DNA from: an uncultured delta proteobacterium
GTDB taxonomy: Bacteria > Myxococcota_A > Polyangia > Polyangiales > Polyangiaceae
NCBI GenBank assembly: GCA_963850305.1
Contig: CAWKKR010000006.1
Span: 205,269 to 269,268, forward strand
DNA: 64,000 nucleotides
Direction: 5' to 3'
The position numbers were made by a program, and so were the translations under genes. Every line of letters begins with the position of its first letter. The stretch's first letter is position 1. A model generated the notes under the pieces. It searched no databases, had not been told where the DNA came from, and saw only the letters and a list, made by a program, of their open reading frames with translations. Positions 10,971 through 19,869 of this stretch are shown piece by piece.

Positions 10971-11050
10971 ACCCCGAGCCCGACACCGCTCCCAGAACCG
11001 AGGCCCCACACCGAGACCGACACCGGCACCGATCCCCGATCCCCCGTCCC
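10971..11050. repeat. Degenerate hexamer tandem tract (MCCGNN)n, complementary to the 10081..10136 tract
   Basis: cccgag cccgac accgct cccaga accgag ... accgag accgac accggc accgat. Confidence 0.6.
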
Positions 11051-11324
11051 CCCGCTGCGCAGGCGCGGCTGCATCTCGCCACGAGGCCCGTCAGGCTGGC
11101 CCAGCGGCGAGAACCTTCTCAGGCCGCGCCCGTCCCTCCGGTGCGTCCCACCAAATCTTGTCGGGCGCTGCGAATTTGTGCGCGTTCCCGCTCCACATCC
11201 CAAAACCCTATCTTCTTCCGGCTCCGCTCCCGCGCCCCTCACCTCAACCGGCCCGACTTCCAATCAAGCCTGGTTTGTCGTGCGGCAGAGGGCGCCGCAC
11301 GGGTGGGTATGGCATAGTCGGCCC

Positions 11325-11852
11325 GTGTTCGCGTCCCTTCGCCGATTCCGTCGGCTGGTGCCGCTCGCCGCGCTGCTCGTGGCCTGCGTGGCGGTCGCGC
11401 TGCCGACCCGAGCAGCGCCGCGCGAGGTCGCCGCGACCCCGGACGAATCGTTCAATGAATACGTGCCGGGCGCCGCGCTGCTCGAAGGACGATTGCTCGC
11501 GCCCTGCTGCTGGACCCAGACGCTCGACATCCACGGCTCGCCGATCGCAAACGAACTACGCCGCGAGATCCGCCATCGCCTGAAGGCCGGGGAAACCCCC
11601 GAGGCCATCCAGGCCGACCTCGTGCGACGTTACACGACGAGGATCCTCGCCGTACCGCCCGACCATCCTCTGTCACGGATTGGAACAATCCTGTCGGTAG
11701 CGTTGCTCGGAGCCGGCGTGTTTGCCGGAAGCCGCGTTGCTCGATGGAAGAAGCGAGCCTCGAAACCGCCTTCCGTTCCACCGAATGCCGGCGCATCGTC
11801 CAACGACGAGTGGGACGCGCGTCTGGACGCCGAGCTCGAAGACGAGGACTGA
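11325..11852 (+). CDS. ccmH: Cytochrome c biogenesis protein CcmH/NrfF-like
   Basis: Signal peptide, LLAPCCWTQTL, ANELRREI..L..G.T...I....V.RY...IL..PP, then a TM helix. Confidence 0.75.
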   Translation: MFASLRRFRRLVPLAALLVACVAVALPTRAAPREVAATPDESFNEYVPGAALLEGRLLAPCCWTQTLDIHGSPIANELRREIRHRLKAGETPEAIQADLVRRYTTRILAVPPDHPLSRIGTILSVALLGAGVFAGSRVARWKKRASKPPSVPPNAGASSNDEWDARLDAELEDED

Positions 11853-11855
11853 GAT

Positions 11856-13991
11856 TCAGCGCGCCGCGGGCTTTCGCCGCGAACCGGTCGACGACACCTG
11901 GCGGCTCGTCTTCGGGCGGCCTTCGGGGTTTTTATTGGGTACCCTGGAAACCTTCGGCCTCGCGGGCTCGGCTTTCCCGCGCGCGCGAGGCTCAGGGGGC
12001 TCTTTCGCGAAGAGCTTTCGCGCGGCGTCGGCGGCGCGTGCGGCCATCTCGGTCTGTCCGCGCATCTCCATCAAGAATCGGCTCGGGATCTGCGGACGCT
12101 CGGTGCCCCATTTCATCCGCGCCTTGCAGTAAGAGAGCGTCAGCCGATCCTTCGCTCGAGTGACGCCGACGTAACAGAGTCGCCGTTCCTCGTCGATGCC
12201 GGTGCCGCCAGCGTCCTCGATCGCACGCCGGTGCGGCATGAGCCCCTCCTCGACGCCGACCATGTACACGTGAGCGAACTCGAGTCCCTTGGCGCCGTGG
12301 AGCGTCATCAGCGTGATGGCTGCCGGGCGCTCGTCGTCTTTCTTCAGGTCGTCACGGCCGACGAGACTGGTCTCGTCCAGGAACTCGCGAAGCGACGGCT
12401 TTTCCGTTCGCGACTGGTATGTAGCGATCGTGTTGACGAGTTCTCCGAGTGATTCCCACCGTGCTTCGGCGTCGCCGGGGTTCTTGTACGCGCGCGCGAG
12501 TTCCCCGCGGTAATCGATGTCACGCAAGAGCTCCATCACGACGTCCACCCAGTTGGATTCCGACGCGATGCGCGCCCGGTATCGATCGATGAGCCCGCGG
12601 AACGCTTCGACGCGCTCGCCCGCCTGGTGAGGGACGTCACCGTCCGTGATCGCGCCGGGCAGTTCGGCCCAGAGTGACGTTCCCGCGGCCACGGCGCGCT
12701 TGAGGAGGGCCTCCACGACGCCGTCGCTGATCCCGCGCCGCGGCGTGTTGATGATCCGGAGCAGCGACACCTCGTCCGAAGGGTTTGCGAGCACCTTGAG
12801 GTACGCGAGAACGTCGCGAATCTCCTTCCGGTCGTAGAATGACTGGCCGCCGACGAGCACGTACGGCACTCGCTCGCGACGGAGTTCAACTTCGAATGCC
12901 CGAGGCTGCTCGTTCGTCCGAAACAGGATCGCGATCTCGCGTAGCATCCACCGATCGGGTTTCTCCGGCACCACGTTCGACGCGATCTCCCTGACGATCT
13001 CCGTCGCCTCCGTGCTCTCGCCGTCGAATTTGAGGAACCGCGGAGGATCGCCGCCGCGCCGCGCCGCGCGAAGTACCTTCCCATGTCGCTGCTTGTTGTG
13101 ACCGATGAGCGTGTTGGCGAGCGCGAGAATGCTCTCACGACACCGGTAGTTGTCCTCCAAGCGCACCACCGTCGCGCCTTTCCAGTCTCTCGCGAAGTTG
13201 AGGATATGGGTGACCTCCGCGCCGCGCCACCCGTAGATCGACTGATCGTCGTCGCCCACCACGCAGAGATTCTGATGGTCTTCCGCGAGCGCTCGAACGA
13301 TCCGATATTGGAGCGCGTTGGTGTCCTGGTACTCGTCGATCAGAACGTGGTCGAAGCGGCGTGATTCGGCGCGTCGCACATCCTCGAATCTGCTGAAGAG
13401 CTCCTCCGTGCACAGGAGGAGATCGTCGAAGTCGACGGCGCCGGCCGCGCGGAGGGAAGCCTGGTATCGCACGAACGCCATCGCCGCGAGTTGCTCGCGA
13501 TCGCTCTCCGCAATCTGGTCCGCCTGGTCCGGACGCACGCCCCGCGTCTTCCAAGAGCCGATGATCGACAGAAGCTCTCCGGGTCGCAGCTTCTCGTTGC
13601 CGACGCGCAGATCCCTGAGGGTCGACCGGGCGATGCTCTCCTGTTCGTTCTGATCGTAAATGGCGAATTCGGCTGGGTAACCGAGACGCTGGATGTTTCT
13701 GCGAAGGATGCGAACGCAGAGCGAGTGGAATGTCGATATCTCGGGCTGGCTTTCCTTGGTCCGGCGCTTACCGAGAAGAGAAACTGCGCGCTCCCGCATT
13801 TCTCGCGCGGCCTTGTTCGTGAACGTGACCGCCAAGATCCGGTTTCCGCGCGTGCCGGCGCGAATCAATTCCGCGATGCGATAAGTGATGACGCGCGTTT
13901 TTCCGGAACCCGCCCCCGCAAGGACGAGGAGCGGGCCTCGACGAGTCATGACTGCACGCCGCTGCTCGGGGTTCAGATCCGGGATCGACAT
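11856..13991 (-). CDS. UvrD/Rep/PcrA ATP-dependent DNA helicase
   Basis: LNPEQ, AGAGSGKT, TFTNKAA, DEYQDTN, GDDDQSIY, TLHGAKGLEF and EERRLCYVGVTRA motifs. Confidence 0.95.
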   Translation of the reverse strand: MSIPDLNPEQRRAVMTRRGPLLVLAGAGSGKTRVITYRIAELIRAGTRGNRILAVTFTNKAAREMRERAVSLLGKRRTKESQPEISTFHSLCVRILRRNIQRLGYPAEFAIYDQNEQESIARSTLRDLRVGNEKLRPGELLSIIGSWKTRGVRPDQADQIAESDREQLAAMAFVRYQASLRAAGAVDFDDLLLCTEELFSRFEDVRRAESRRFDHVLIDEYQDTNALQYRIVRALAEDHQNLCVVGDDDQSIYGWRGAEVTHILNFARDWKGATVVRLEDNYRCRESILALANTLIGHNKQRHGKVLRAARRGGDPPRFLKFDGESTEATEIVREIASNVVPEKPDRWMLREIAILFRTNEQPRAFEVELRRERVPYVLVGGQSFYDRKEIRDVLAYLKVLANPSDEVSLLRIINTPRRGISDGVVEALLKRAVAAGTSLWAELPGAITDGDVPHQAGERVEAFRGLIDRYRARIASESNWVDVVMELLRDIDYRGELARAYKNPGDAEARWESLGELVNTIATYQSRTEKPSLREFLDETSLVGRDDLKKDDERPAAITLMTLHGAKGLEFAHVYMVGVEEGLMPHRRAIEDAGGTGIDEERRLCYVGVTRAKDRLTLSYCKARMKWGTERPQIPSRFLMEMRGQTEMAARAADAARKLFAKEPPEPRARGKAEPARPKVSRVPNKNPEGRPKTSRQVSSTGSRRKPAAR

Positions 13992-14137
13992 TCTCGCACC
14001 GGCTCGTTGCTCGACTCCCCGTGTTCGGTCAAGGAGATCGTGCATGGCGAGCGAACGCGGACGCGCGACTGCTCGATAGGACGTGGCATGCTCGACGGAA
14101 TCGGCTATGTTGGATTGTCGATGCACGTCGCTCAACG

Positions 14138-14929
14138 ATGAAACAGGGCATGGGTGTCGCGAGCGGTTCGCTGTACGTCGAGTCGTACGGGTTCGGGGAA
14201 CCCACCCTCCTCTTGATGCATGGGTTTGCAGGGAGTGCCCGCAATTTCAGACCGCAGTCGAGGGCACTCGGGAGCAGGCGGCGTGTCGTCTCATTCGATG
14301 CGAGAGGTCACGCTCGCAGCAAGGTGCCAGCGGACGCCAGTGCCTACACGGTCGCGTCCTTCGTGTCCGATGCGGCGACGGTGATCGACGACCTGGGGGT
14401 GGAGGGTGTCGTACTCGGCGGCACGAGCATGGGCGCTGCTATCGCTCTTCAATATGCGTTCGAACGACCGGAGCGACTGCGTGGTCTCGTGATCGTCTCG
14501 TTCCCATCCGCATCATCGAAGGAGTGGGCGCTGGCGTTCGCTGAAGCGATCGAGCGGGATGGGCTCGATCGTGCCGGCGAGGTCTTCGTTTGGGGTGGTT
14601 CACATTTCGACGTCGCATCCAGGAATTGGATCCGGCAGGGCTTCCTCGAGCATCGCGCCGAAGCGTTGGCGTGGACTCTGCGCGGGGTACTCGCTCGACT
14701 CCCGACTCTCGAGGCATCGAGAGATGCGCTCGTGCGATTGCGCATCCCCACCTTGGTCGTGGCGGGCGACCGGGACGACCGATCCATCGGGGTCTCGCAT
14801 GAGCTGGTGAGACAAATCTCGGGCTCGCGTCTGGCGGTCATCCATGACGCTGGTCACGTCGTCAATCTCGAGAAACCGCAATTATTCAACAGTGTTCTGA
14901 GTAATTTCTTATGCTCAATCGAGAAATAA
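14138..14929 (+). CDS. Alpha/beta hydrolase
   Basis: HGFAGS, DARGHARS, GTSMG nucleophile, GDRD and AGH. Confidence 0.88.
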   Translation: MKQGMGVASGSLYVESYGFGEPTLLLMHGFAGSARNFRPQSRALGSRRRVVSFDARGHARSKVPADASAYTVASFVSDAATVIDDLGVEGVVLGGTSMGAAIALQYAFERPERLRGLVIVSFPSASSKEWALAFAEAIERDGLDRAGEVFVWGGSHFDVASRNWIRQGFLEHRAEALAWTLRGVLARLPTLEASRDALVRLRIPTLVVAGDRDDRSIGVSHELVRQISGSRLAVIHDAGHVVNLEKPQLFNSVLSNFLCSIEK

Positions 14930-15038
14930 GAATGGCCCGGAGTACCCGTGTCTGTCCGCAGGGACGATGCTGCATGGGTTCATCGGACGCTTCGGAGGAG
15001 AGCACACCACCCTACATGCCGTGGACACGGCTGGAGCA

Positions 15039-15097
15039 CATCTAGTGCGTGACTACAACATCAAGTGTTGACACATGACACTAGATGGCAATATATG
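15039..15097 (+). promoter_or_regulatory. Sigma70-like promoter embedded in an imperfect palindrome
   Basis: TTGACA at 15068..15073 and AT-rich CAATATAT at 15089..15096; arms CATCTAGTG (15039..15047) and CACTAGATG (15079..15087) with inner CAACA/TGTTG. Confidence 0.55.
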
Positions 15098-15154
15098 TGC
15101 TGCAACCGGCCCGAACGAGGGCAATCGATCGGTTCCGGCATCCAGGAGGACCGC

Positions 15155-15298
15155 ATGGCTGCAAAGAAAAAGAAGAAGGGCGCAAAGCGCGCTGCGAAGA
15201 AGGGCAAGAAGAAGGCGACCCGCAAGAAGGCCGCCAAGAAGAGCAAGAAGAAGGGTCGGAAGAAGAAGAAGGCACCCGCGGCTCCACCCGCGATGTGA
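15155..15298 (+). CDS. Small Lys/Ala-rich histone H1-like basic protein (47 aa)
   Basis: MAAKKKKKGAKRAAKKGKKK...; strong AGGAGG RBS; promoter upstream. Confidence 0.75.
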   Translation: MAAKKKKKGAKRAAKKGKKKATRKKAAKKSKKKGRKKKKAPAAPPAM

Positions 15299-15430
15299 CC
15301 ATTGGAGCGGTCGCGCGTGGATCGGGCTGGCCGACCCCGCGTGATCGCCGCCGCGCGGCCGGTGATTCGTTCCAGGAGAGATCCTCGAGCGGGCTCGATG
15401 CGCGGGCTAGTGAAGGTCGCAAGGCGACCT

Positions 15431-15475
15431 CGAAAGTGCCCCGAAGCTCCATGCTGCGGGGTGCTTTCGTTTGTG
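15431..15475 (+). terminator. Probable intrinsic terminator
   Basis: CGAAAGTGCCCCG...CGGGGTGCTTTCG stem followed by TTTGT. Confidence 0.6.
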
Positions 15476-15570
15476 CTTCCTTATCGAAGAATTCCGCCCG
15501 TTGGCGCTAAGCTGCGCGAGCTTGACCGGGTTACCGAGGGAATTTTTTTTTCGGAATTGCCCTCTCCTGC

Positions 15571-16407
15571 GTGGCGGGGCTCCCATTCGGGTGCCATCGC
15601 GACCAGCCTGCGGCGAAACGCGCGGCGGCCCCGCCGATCAGCCGAGGGGACATCGTGGTCGTTGAACGGGCGGCCGCGGAGTTTTTCGAAGGGCGCGTGC
15701 TTTCCGTCGCGGAATCGTCGCTCAAAGTGCAGACGTCGGACGAGGGAGATCCCGCCACGGTCGCGCGCAGCGACGCCTATAGAGTTCCATCACTCGGCCA
15801 CACCTACTCGCGCGGACAGCCGGCAATCTGCGAGGATGGCCCGTCGCGGTGGGTCGCGTGTCGTGTCGTCGGGACCGAAAGCAAGGACGTTCTCGCCGAG
15901 CTCGGGACCGGCGAAAAGCGGACATTCGATGACACGGAAATCCTCACGGCAACCCCCGTCACATCTCTGAATATCCAACGATACTTCGAAATAGTGGTCT
16001 CGCGGCGGCGCTTTGCGGAAGCGGCCCGCTCCGCGGGCGACCCGACGCGCCCGGGCGGATGGTTCCCTTCTCCCCATGAACCGGTCATCGCAAAGCAAGG
16101 CCCCTACTGGTTCTCGGCGCACGCGGCGCATTCCGCGGGCGATGGCGGGCTGACCATCGTTTGGGAAGGCAGTGCCCGCGCGGAGACGGTGCCCGGCGCG
16201 AAGGTCGTGCCGGTCCCTCCATTCGACCACTTGTTCGCGAGCGGTGACTTCGCGCTCGTCCGTCCCGCCACGGAGGGCGGGCCGTGGATGAAGGTCGTCA
16301 TCGACGCCGTCGGCCCGGAGGAGGCCGTGATCACCGCAGAAGACGGCGAGCAATCGCGCGTCAGCGTGCGCCATCTGGTGCCGCTCGGGCGCCGCCACCC
16401 GAAGTAG
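15571..16407 (+). CDS. Hypothetical probable lipoprotein with four Tudor/SH3-like repeats; start may be TTG 15522 across a T9 tract
   Basis: Repeated G(D/Q/E).V.......(W/F)....V segments; LPFGC lipobox-like sequence. Confidence 0.6.
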   Translation: MAGLPFGCHRDQPAAKRAAAPPISRGDIVVVERAAAEFFEGRVLSVAESSLKVQTSDEGDPATVARSDAYRVPSLGHTYSRGQPAICEDGPSRWVACRVVGTESKDVLAELGTGEKRTFDDTEILTATPVTSLNIQRYFEIVVSRRRFAEAARSAGDPTRPGGWFPSPHEPVIAKQGPYWFSAHAAHSAGDGGLTIVWEGSARAETVPGAKVVPVPPFDHLFASGDFALVRPATEGGPWMKVVIDAVGPEEAVITAEDGEQSRVSVRHLVPLGRRHPK

Positions 16408-16421
16408 ACGAGTCGCGACTA

Positions 16422-18092
16422 CTAGGGGGGCGTTTCGATACGCTGACGTGACACGAGCAACGCTTGCGACGACCCTGCGCTGGCTCGCGCTTCAATTCGA
16501 ATTGCCAGGGGAGTCGTGGTGCCGAGAGAACACGCGGTGGCGAGTGCAGAATAGGTGCCCCGAGAGAACGCTACCTCGCTCTTGTCGTCCGAGTTCACGA
16601 GGCGCAAATCGGCGCCCTCCGCGCCTGAACTCAAGCCGAGAGCGACGTCCACGCATCGCCCCGCCGGGATACGCAACTCGTCCGCAGAAGTCGTCTCCGG
16701 CGAGAGAGTGAGCACGCGAACCGGAAGAGCTTTGCTCGAGACATCCAGTCGTCCAGCCGCATCAAGTCGCATCAGCGCACGGGCCGCCGCAACAGGGTGG
16801 TCACGGAAAATCGCGGGGGCGTCGAGAGTCGGACGGACCTCAACGGCGAAGGGCCCGGCGCGCACAGCCGACTCGATGTCCACGCGAGCCCGCCCGGACT
16901 CGCACCCGAACAACGTGGCCCGTGCCCCGCCATCATCGTGGGCGACGAGCGAGCCTCGCGCGGACCATAGCCACGCCTCGACGCCGGTGGAGGGCGCGCC
17001 CGGGACCACGTCGACGCGCGAGCAGCCTGCCGGCAAATCGACATCCAGACTCGATCGCTTTCCAACGACCGTCGTACCCGTCCGGATCGAAACCGGAGGA
17101 GCATACCCCTGCCGTGAAAGCGCGCCGGCGAGTGTGCGCTCAGCCTGGTCGAGTGAAGTCGGAGGGTTCGGGTTTCGGAGAATGACGGTTCCAGGTGCGT
17201 CCAGGGATTGAGGATCATCGACGAGGGACGTGACGACCGCCGCGAGGCCGCGGCCTGCGCGTGCCTGGAGCTCCAGCGTGATCTCGGCGGGCACCTCCGA
17301 GCAGACGACTGCTGCCTGCACGCCGACGTCCGACGGCGCGCGGCCGAGGATGCGGCCTTCGGAGTCGAGCACGGTGAGCTCTAGGAACGCTACCTCGTCC
17401 GAGGGAACCACGAGAATGTCGACGCACTGGTGTGATCCGACCGACGCGGAAATTCGGGTCGGCATTCTGGGGTCGACGGGCACCGCACTGCGCTGAACGT
17501 CGCGAAACTGGCCTCTGAGCTGTTGTCTGTGCAAGCCGATTGCAGCGTCGAGGCCGGGCCAGCCGTCGTCATTCAGCCGCTCCTGGCCAGGTGTTCCCTC
17601 CACGCCCATCGCGCTAGCCACGATGTTAGCCAACCGGGGTGCGACCATTTGCATCGATACGGCAAACAGGCCATGCCCCGACGCAACCCGTCCGAAAGCG
17701 TACAGGCGTTCTGGGTGTGGAGGACAGATCACGACGTTAGCGGTCCGGTTCGAAGTCTCGTCTTCGCCGAGGACGGTGCCGTCGTCCGAGTAGACGAACA
17801 GATCGAGATCCTCGACGGCCTTCCCTCCTCTTGCCATGAAGAGAGCGCAATCGACGTTCGTGACGGTCGCTCGTCCGCCGAGATTGTCGCCCGGCGCGCC
17901 GGCGCCTGTGGCCAAGATCGCAAATGGTCCCGCGCCGGCAGCGCGCGCCCTCGCGGCGTCCGCGGCGATGAGTCGAGCACCTTCGGATTCCAGTGGCTCC
18001 TGTCCGGGAACCCGCGGATAAAGTGTGGCGCCGCGGGGTCGCGCGCACCCGACGACGAAGGCGACCAGCGCAATCGCGCCGACGAGTCTCAC
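16422..18092 (-). CDS. Hypothetical lipoprotein with repeated beta-sandwich-like domains
   Basis: VRLVGAIALVAFVVGC lipobox; repeated C....A.G...DLDL.V...DG..L..D units; GTGA coupling. Confidence 0.7.
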   Translation of the reverse strand: MRLVGAIALVAFVVGCARPRGATLYPRVPGQEPLESEGARLIAADAARARAAGAGPFAILATGAGAPGDNLGGRATVTNVDCALFMARGGKAVEDLDLFVYSDDGTVLGEDETSNRTANVVICPPHPERLYAFGRVASGHGLFAVSMQMVAPRLANIVASAMGVEGTPGQERLNDDGWPGLDAAIGLHRQQLRGQFRDVQRSAVPVDPRMPTRISASVGSHQCVDILVVPSDEVAFLELTVLDSEGRILGRAPSDVGVQAAVVCSEVPAEITLELQARAGRGLAAVVTSLVDDPQSLDAPGTVILRNPNPPTSLDQAERTLAGALSRQGYAPPVSIRTGTTVVGKRSSLDVDLPAGCSRVDVVPGAPSTGVEAWLWSARGSLVAHDDGGARATLFGCESGRARVDIESAVRAGPFAVEVRPTLDAPAIFRDHPVAAARALMRLDAAGRLDVSSKALPVRVLTLSPETTSADELRIPAGRCVDVALGLSSGAEGADLRLVNSDDKSEVAFSRGTYSALATACSLGTTTPLAIRIEARASAGSSQALLVSRQRIETPP

Positions 18093-19354
18093 GGAACGAC
18101 CTCGCCCAGCCTGGTTCGCCCGGCGGCCCACATGCCGAGCACCCACGACGGCACTCCGTCTCCACGGACATCGACATCCAGGCTCGCGTGCTCCTCGGCA
18201 CCGACGCAGAACGCCACGACCGCCGCGAGAGACGTGTCGTCCGTGTGGGAGATGGCGCTTGCCGCTCCGGCGGTCGCCTGAAGCGACGCGAACCGCACAC
18301 CATCTTCGAGTGGCGCGAGTCCTGCGAGGTAGCATTCCCCGGGCACCGTTTCGATCCGGATCCGGTCGATGAACCCCGCGCCAAGGGATTCAAACACGGG
18401 CGAGCCGCTCAACGAGTGCACGTTGAGCTGGTCGAGGGCCTTGGCCATGCGAGCTCGTGGTGCCGGGCCCCAGCGCTCAGGCAACCCGACGGGCAGCTCT
18501 TGTCTAGCCCGAATGACGAGCACGGGAGCCTTTGGGGCGCTGCCCGCAAACGAGAGCATCGCAAAGGTGTGACGCGCCGTGCAGGCGAAGAGCGTCGCGT
18601 CAGGACTATCCGTGCGGTCGGCTGCTGCCGTGTCCCCGGAAGTCCAGTCGAGTTCGGCGTCTATATCCCGAGAAGAATCGTCCTTGGTGGCGACGGCGAG
18701 CGCCGCGATGTGGTGGCAGCCGGGGGCAAGATCGAGCAAAAACCGGCCTCCTCCTGTGCGGTCCGAGTCGACCAATCGCCGCTCCACTTCGATTCCGCCC
18801 GCGTCGCGGAACGCTCGCTCCACGGCATCGGCACGATCCGAGAGCGGCGCGGGAAGAGGAAGCGGCCCGGGGTCGACCGGTGGAGGGACGGCCCCCAGGT
18901 CGCGGTGCGGCAAAAGGTTGCGGATGCTGGGCAGTGGAGCGGATGACAGGGCCACGACCGTCTCGATCACGGCACGCGGCGAACGCATCTCGATCGACAG
19001 GTCTGCAAGTGACGCGCGCTCCGCTCCGCACATCGATATCTCCGCAGCGCCCGCCGCGCTCGGAAAGAAGTCATCATCTCGAGATGTCGCGAGGCGCAGA
19101 GCGAACGACGTCGACAGCGCCCCGAACACGGCGATCGTCGTGCAGCCGCGGACATGATCATCCGACGCTTCCGGCGGTAGAGGCAACGGCGTGACGGTGC
19201 CCCCCGCGTAGAAGCGCGGCCGCAACACGTGAACCACGGCGTCGGCACGAAACCGTGCGACCACGCGGTCAACGTCGTCCGCGATTCCCACGGATGCGCG
19301 CGAAGTCACGGTCGCCAGGAAGATCGCGGCGGCGACCGGACGCCCCGTCTTCAC
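18089..19354 (-). CDS. Hypothetical exported protein related to the downstream gene
   Basis: Signal-like N-terminus; GC/EC...A...D.D..L units; overlaps both the mec stop and the next start. Confidence 0.7.
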   Translation of the reverse strand: MKTGRPVAAAIFLATVTSRASVGIADDVDRVVARFRADAVVHVLRPRFYAGGTVTPLPLPPEASDDHVRGCTTIAVFGALSTSFALRLATSRDDDFFPSAAGAAEISMCGAERASLADLSIEMRSPRAVIETVVALSSAPLPSIRNLLPHRDLGAVPPPVDPGPLPLPAPLSDRADAVERAFRDAGGIEVERRLVDSDRTGGGRFLLDLAPGCHHIAALAVATKDDSSRDIDAELDWTSGDTAAADRTDSPDATLFACTARHTFAMLSFAGSAPKAPVLVIRARQELPVGLPERWGPAPRARMAKALDQLNVHSLSGSPVFESLGAGFIDRIRIETVPGECYLAGLAPLEDGVRFASLQATAGAASAISHTDDTSLAAVVAFCVGAEEHASLDVDVRGDGVPSWVLGMWAAGRTRLGEVVP

Positions 19355-19869
19355 TCTTCGACCCGATCGAACGGAGCTTCGATGAAACGCCGCTCTCCTT
19401 CGTCCCAGATGAAGAGCCGATGCGCGGTGACCTCTCCTCGGTCGACGGCGGTCACGAGATAGGCAAGCTCGTACGCGGGCGAATTTCCTTCACCCATGGT
19501 CATGCTCGCCGCATCCTCGGCACTGAAATACGCGCCGCAGTCGAGGTGCGAGTGGAAAAAGACCTTGATCGGTCGTCCACGGGCCACGCCGTCCGCGAGC
19601 GCACGTTCGAACTTGAGCGCGTTGATCTTGAAGTACTCCCTCCCCGTCCGGGGGTGAGATTCGGGGTCCACGCGGTGGTATTTGTTGGCGAGATTTTCCA
19701 GTTCCACGGCCTGATCGGCAAGGAGCGCGTCTTCGGCCGGGCCCGCCACGAACCCGCACGCCTCCTCGTCGCGGGCGTATGCCTCGCGACCTGCGTGTTC
19801 GATCGCACGCAGAGCAGACGCTACGATTCGGACGCCGCCGTTCGTCCATGGGGGCTTGGGCGTCACCAT
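19351..19869 (-). CDS. mec: JAMM/MPN+ metalloprotease, Mec-like CysO-cysteine peptidase
   Basis: EACG and FHSH..CGAYFSAED (HxHx7Sx2D); operon with cysO and cysM. Confidence 0.85.
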   Translation of the reverse strand: MVTPKPPWTNGGVRIVASALRAIEHAGREAYARDEEACGFVAGPAEDALLADQAVELENLANKYHRVDPESHPRTGREYFKINALKFERALADGVARGRPIKVFFHSHLDCGAYFSAEDAASMTMGEGNSPAYELAYLVTAVDRGEVTAHRLFIWDEGERRFIEAPFDRVEE

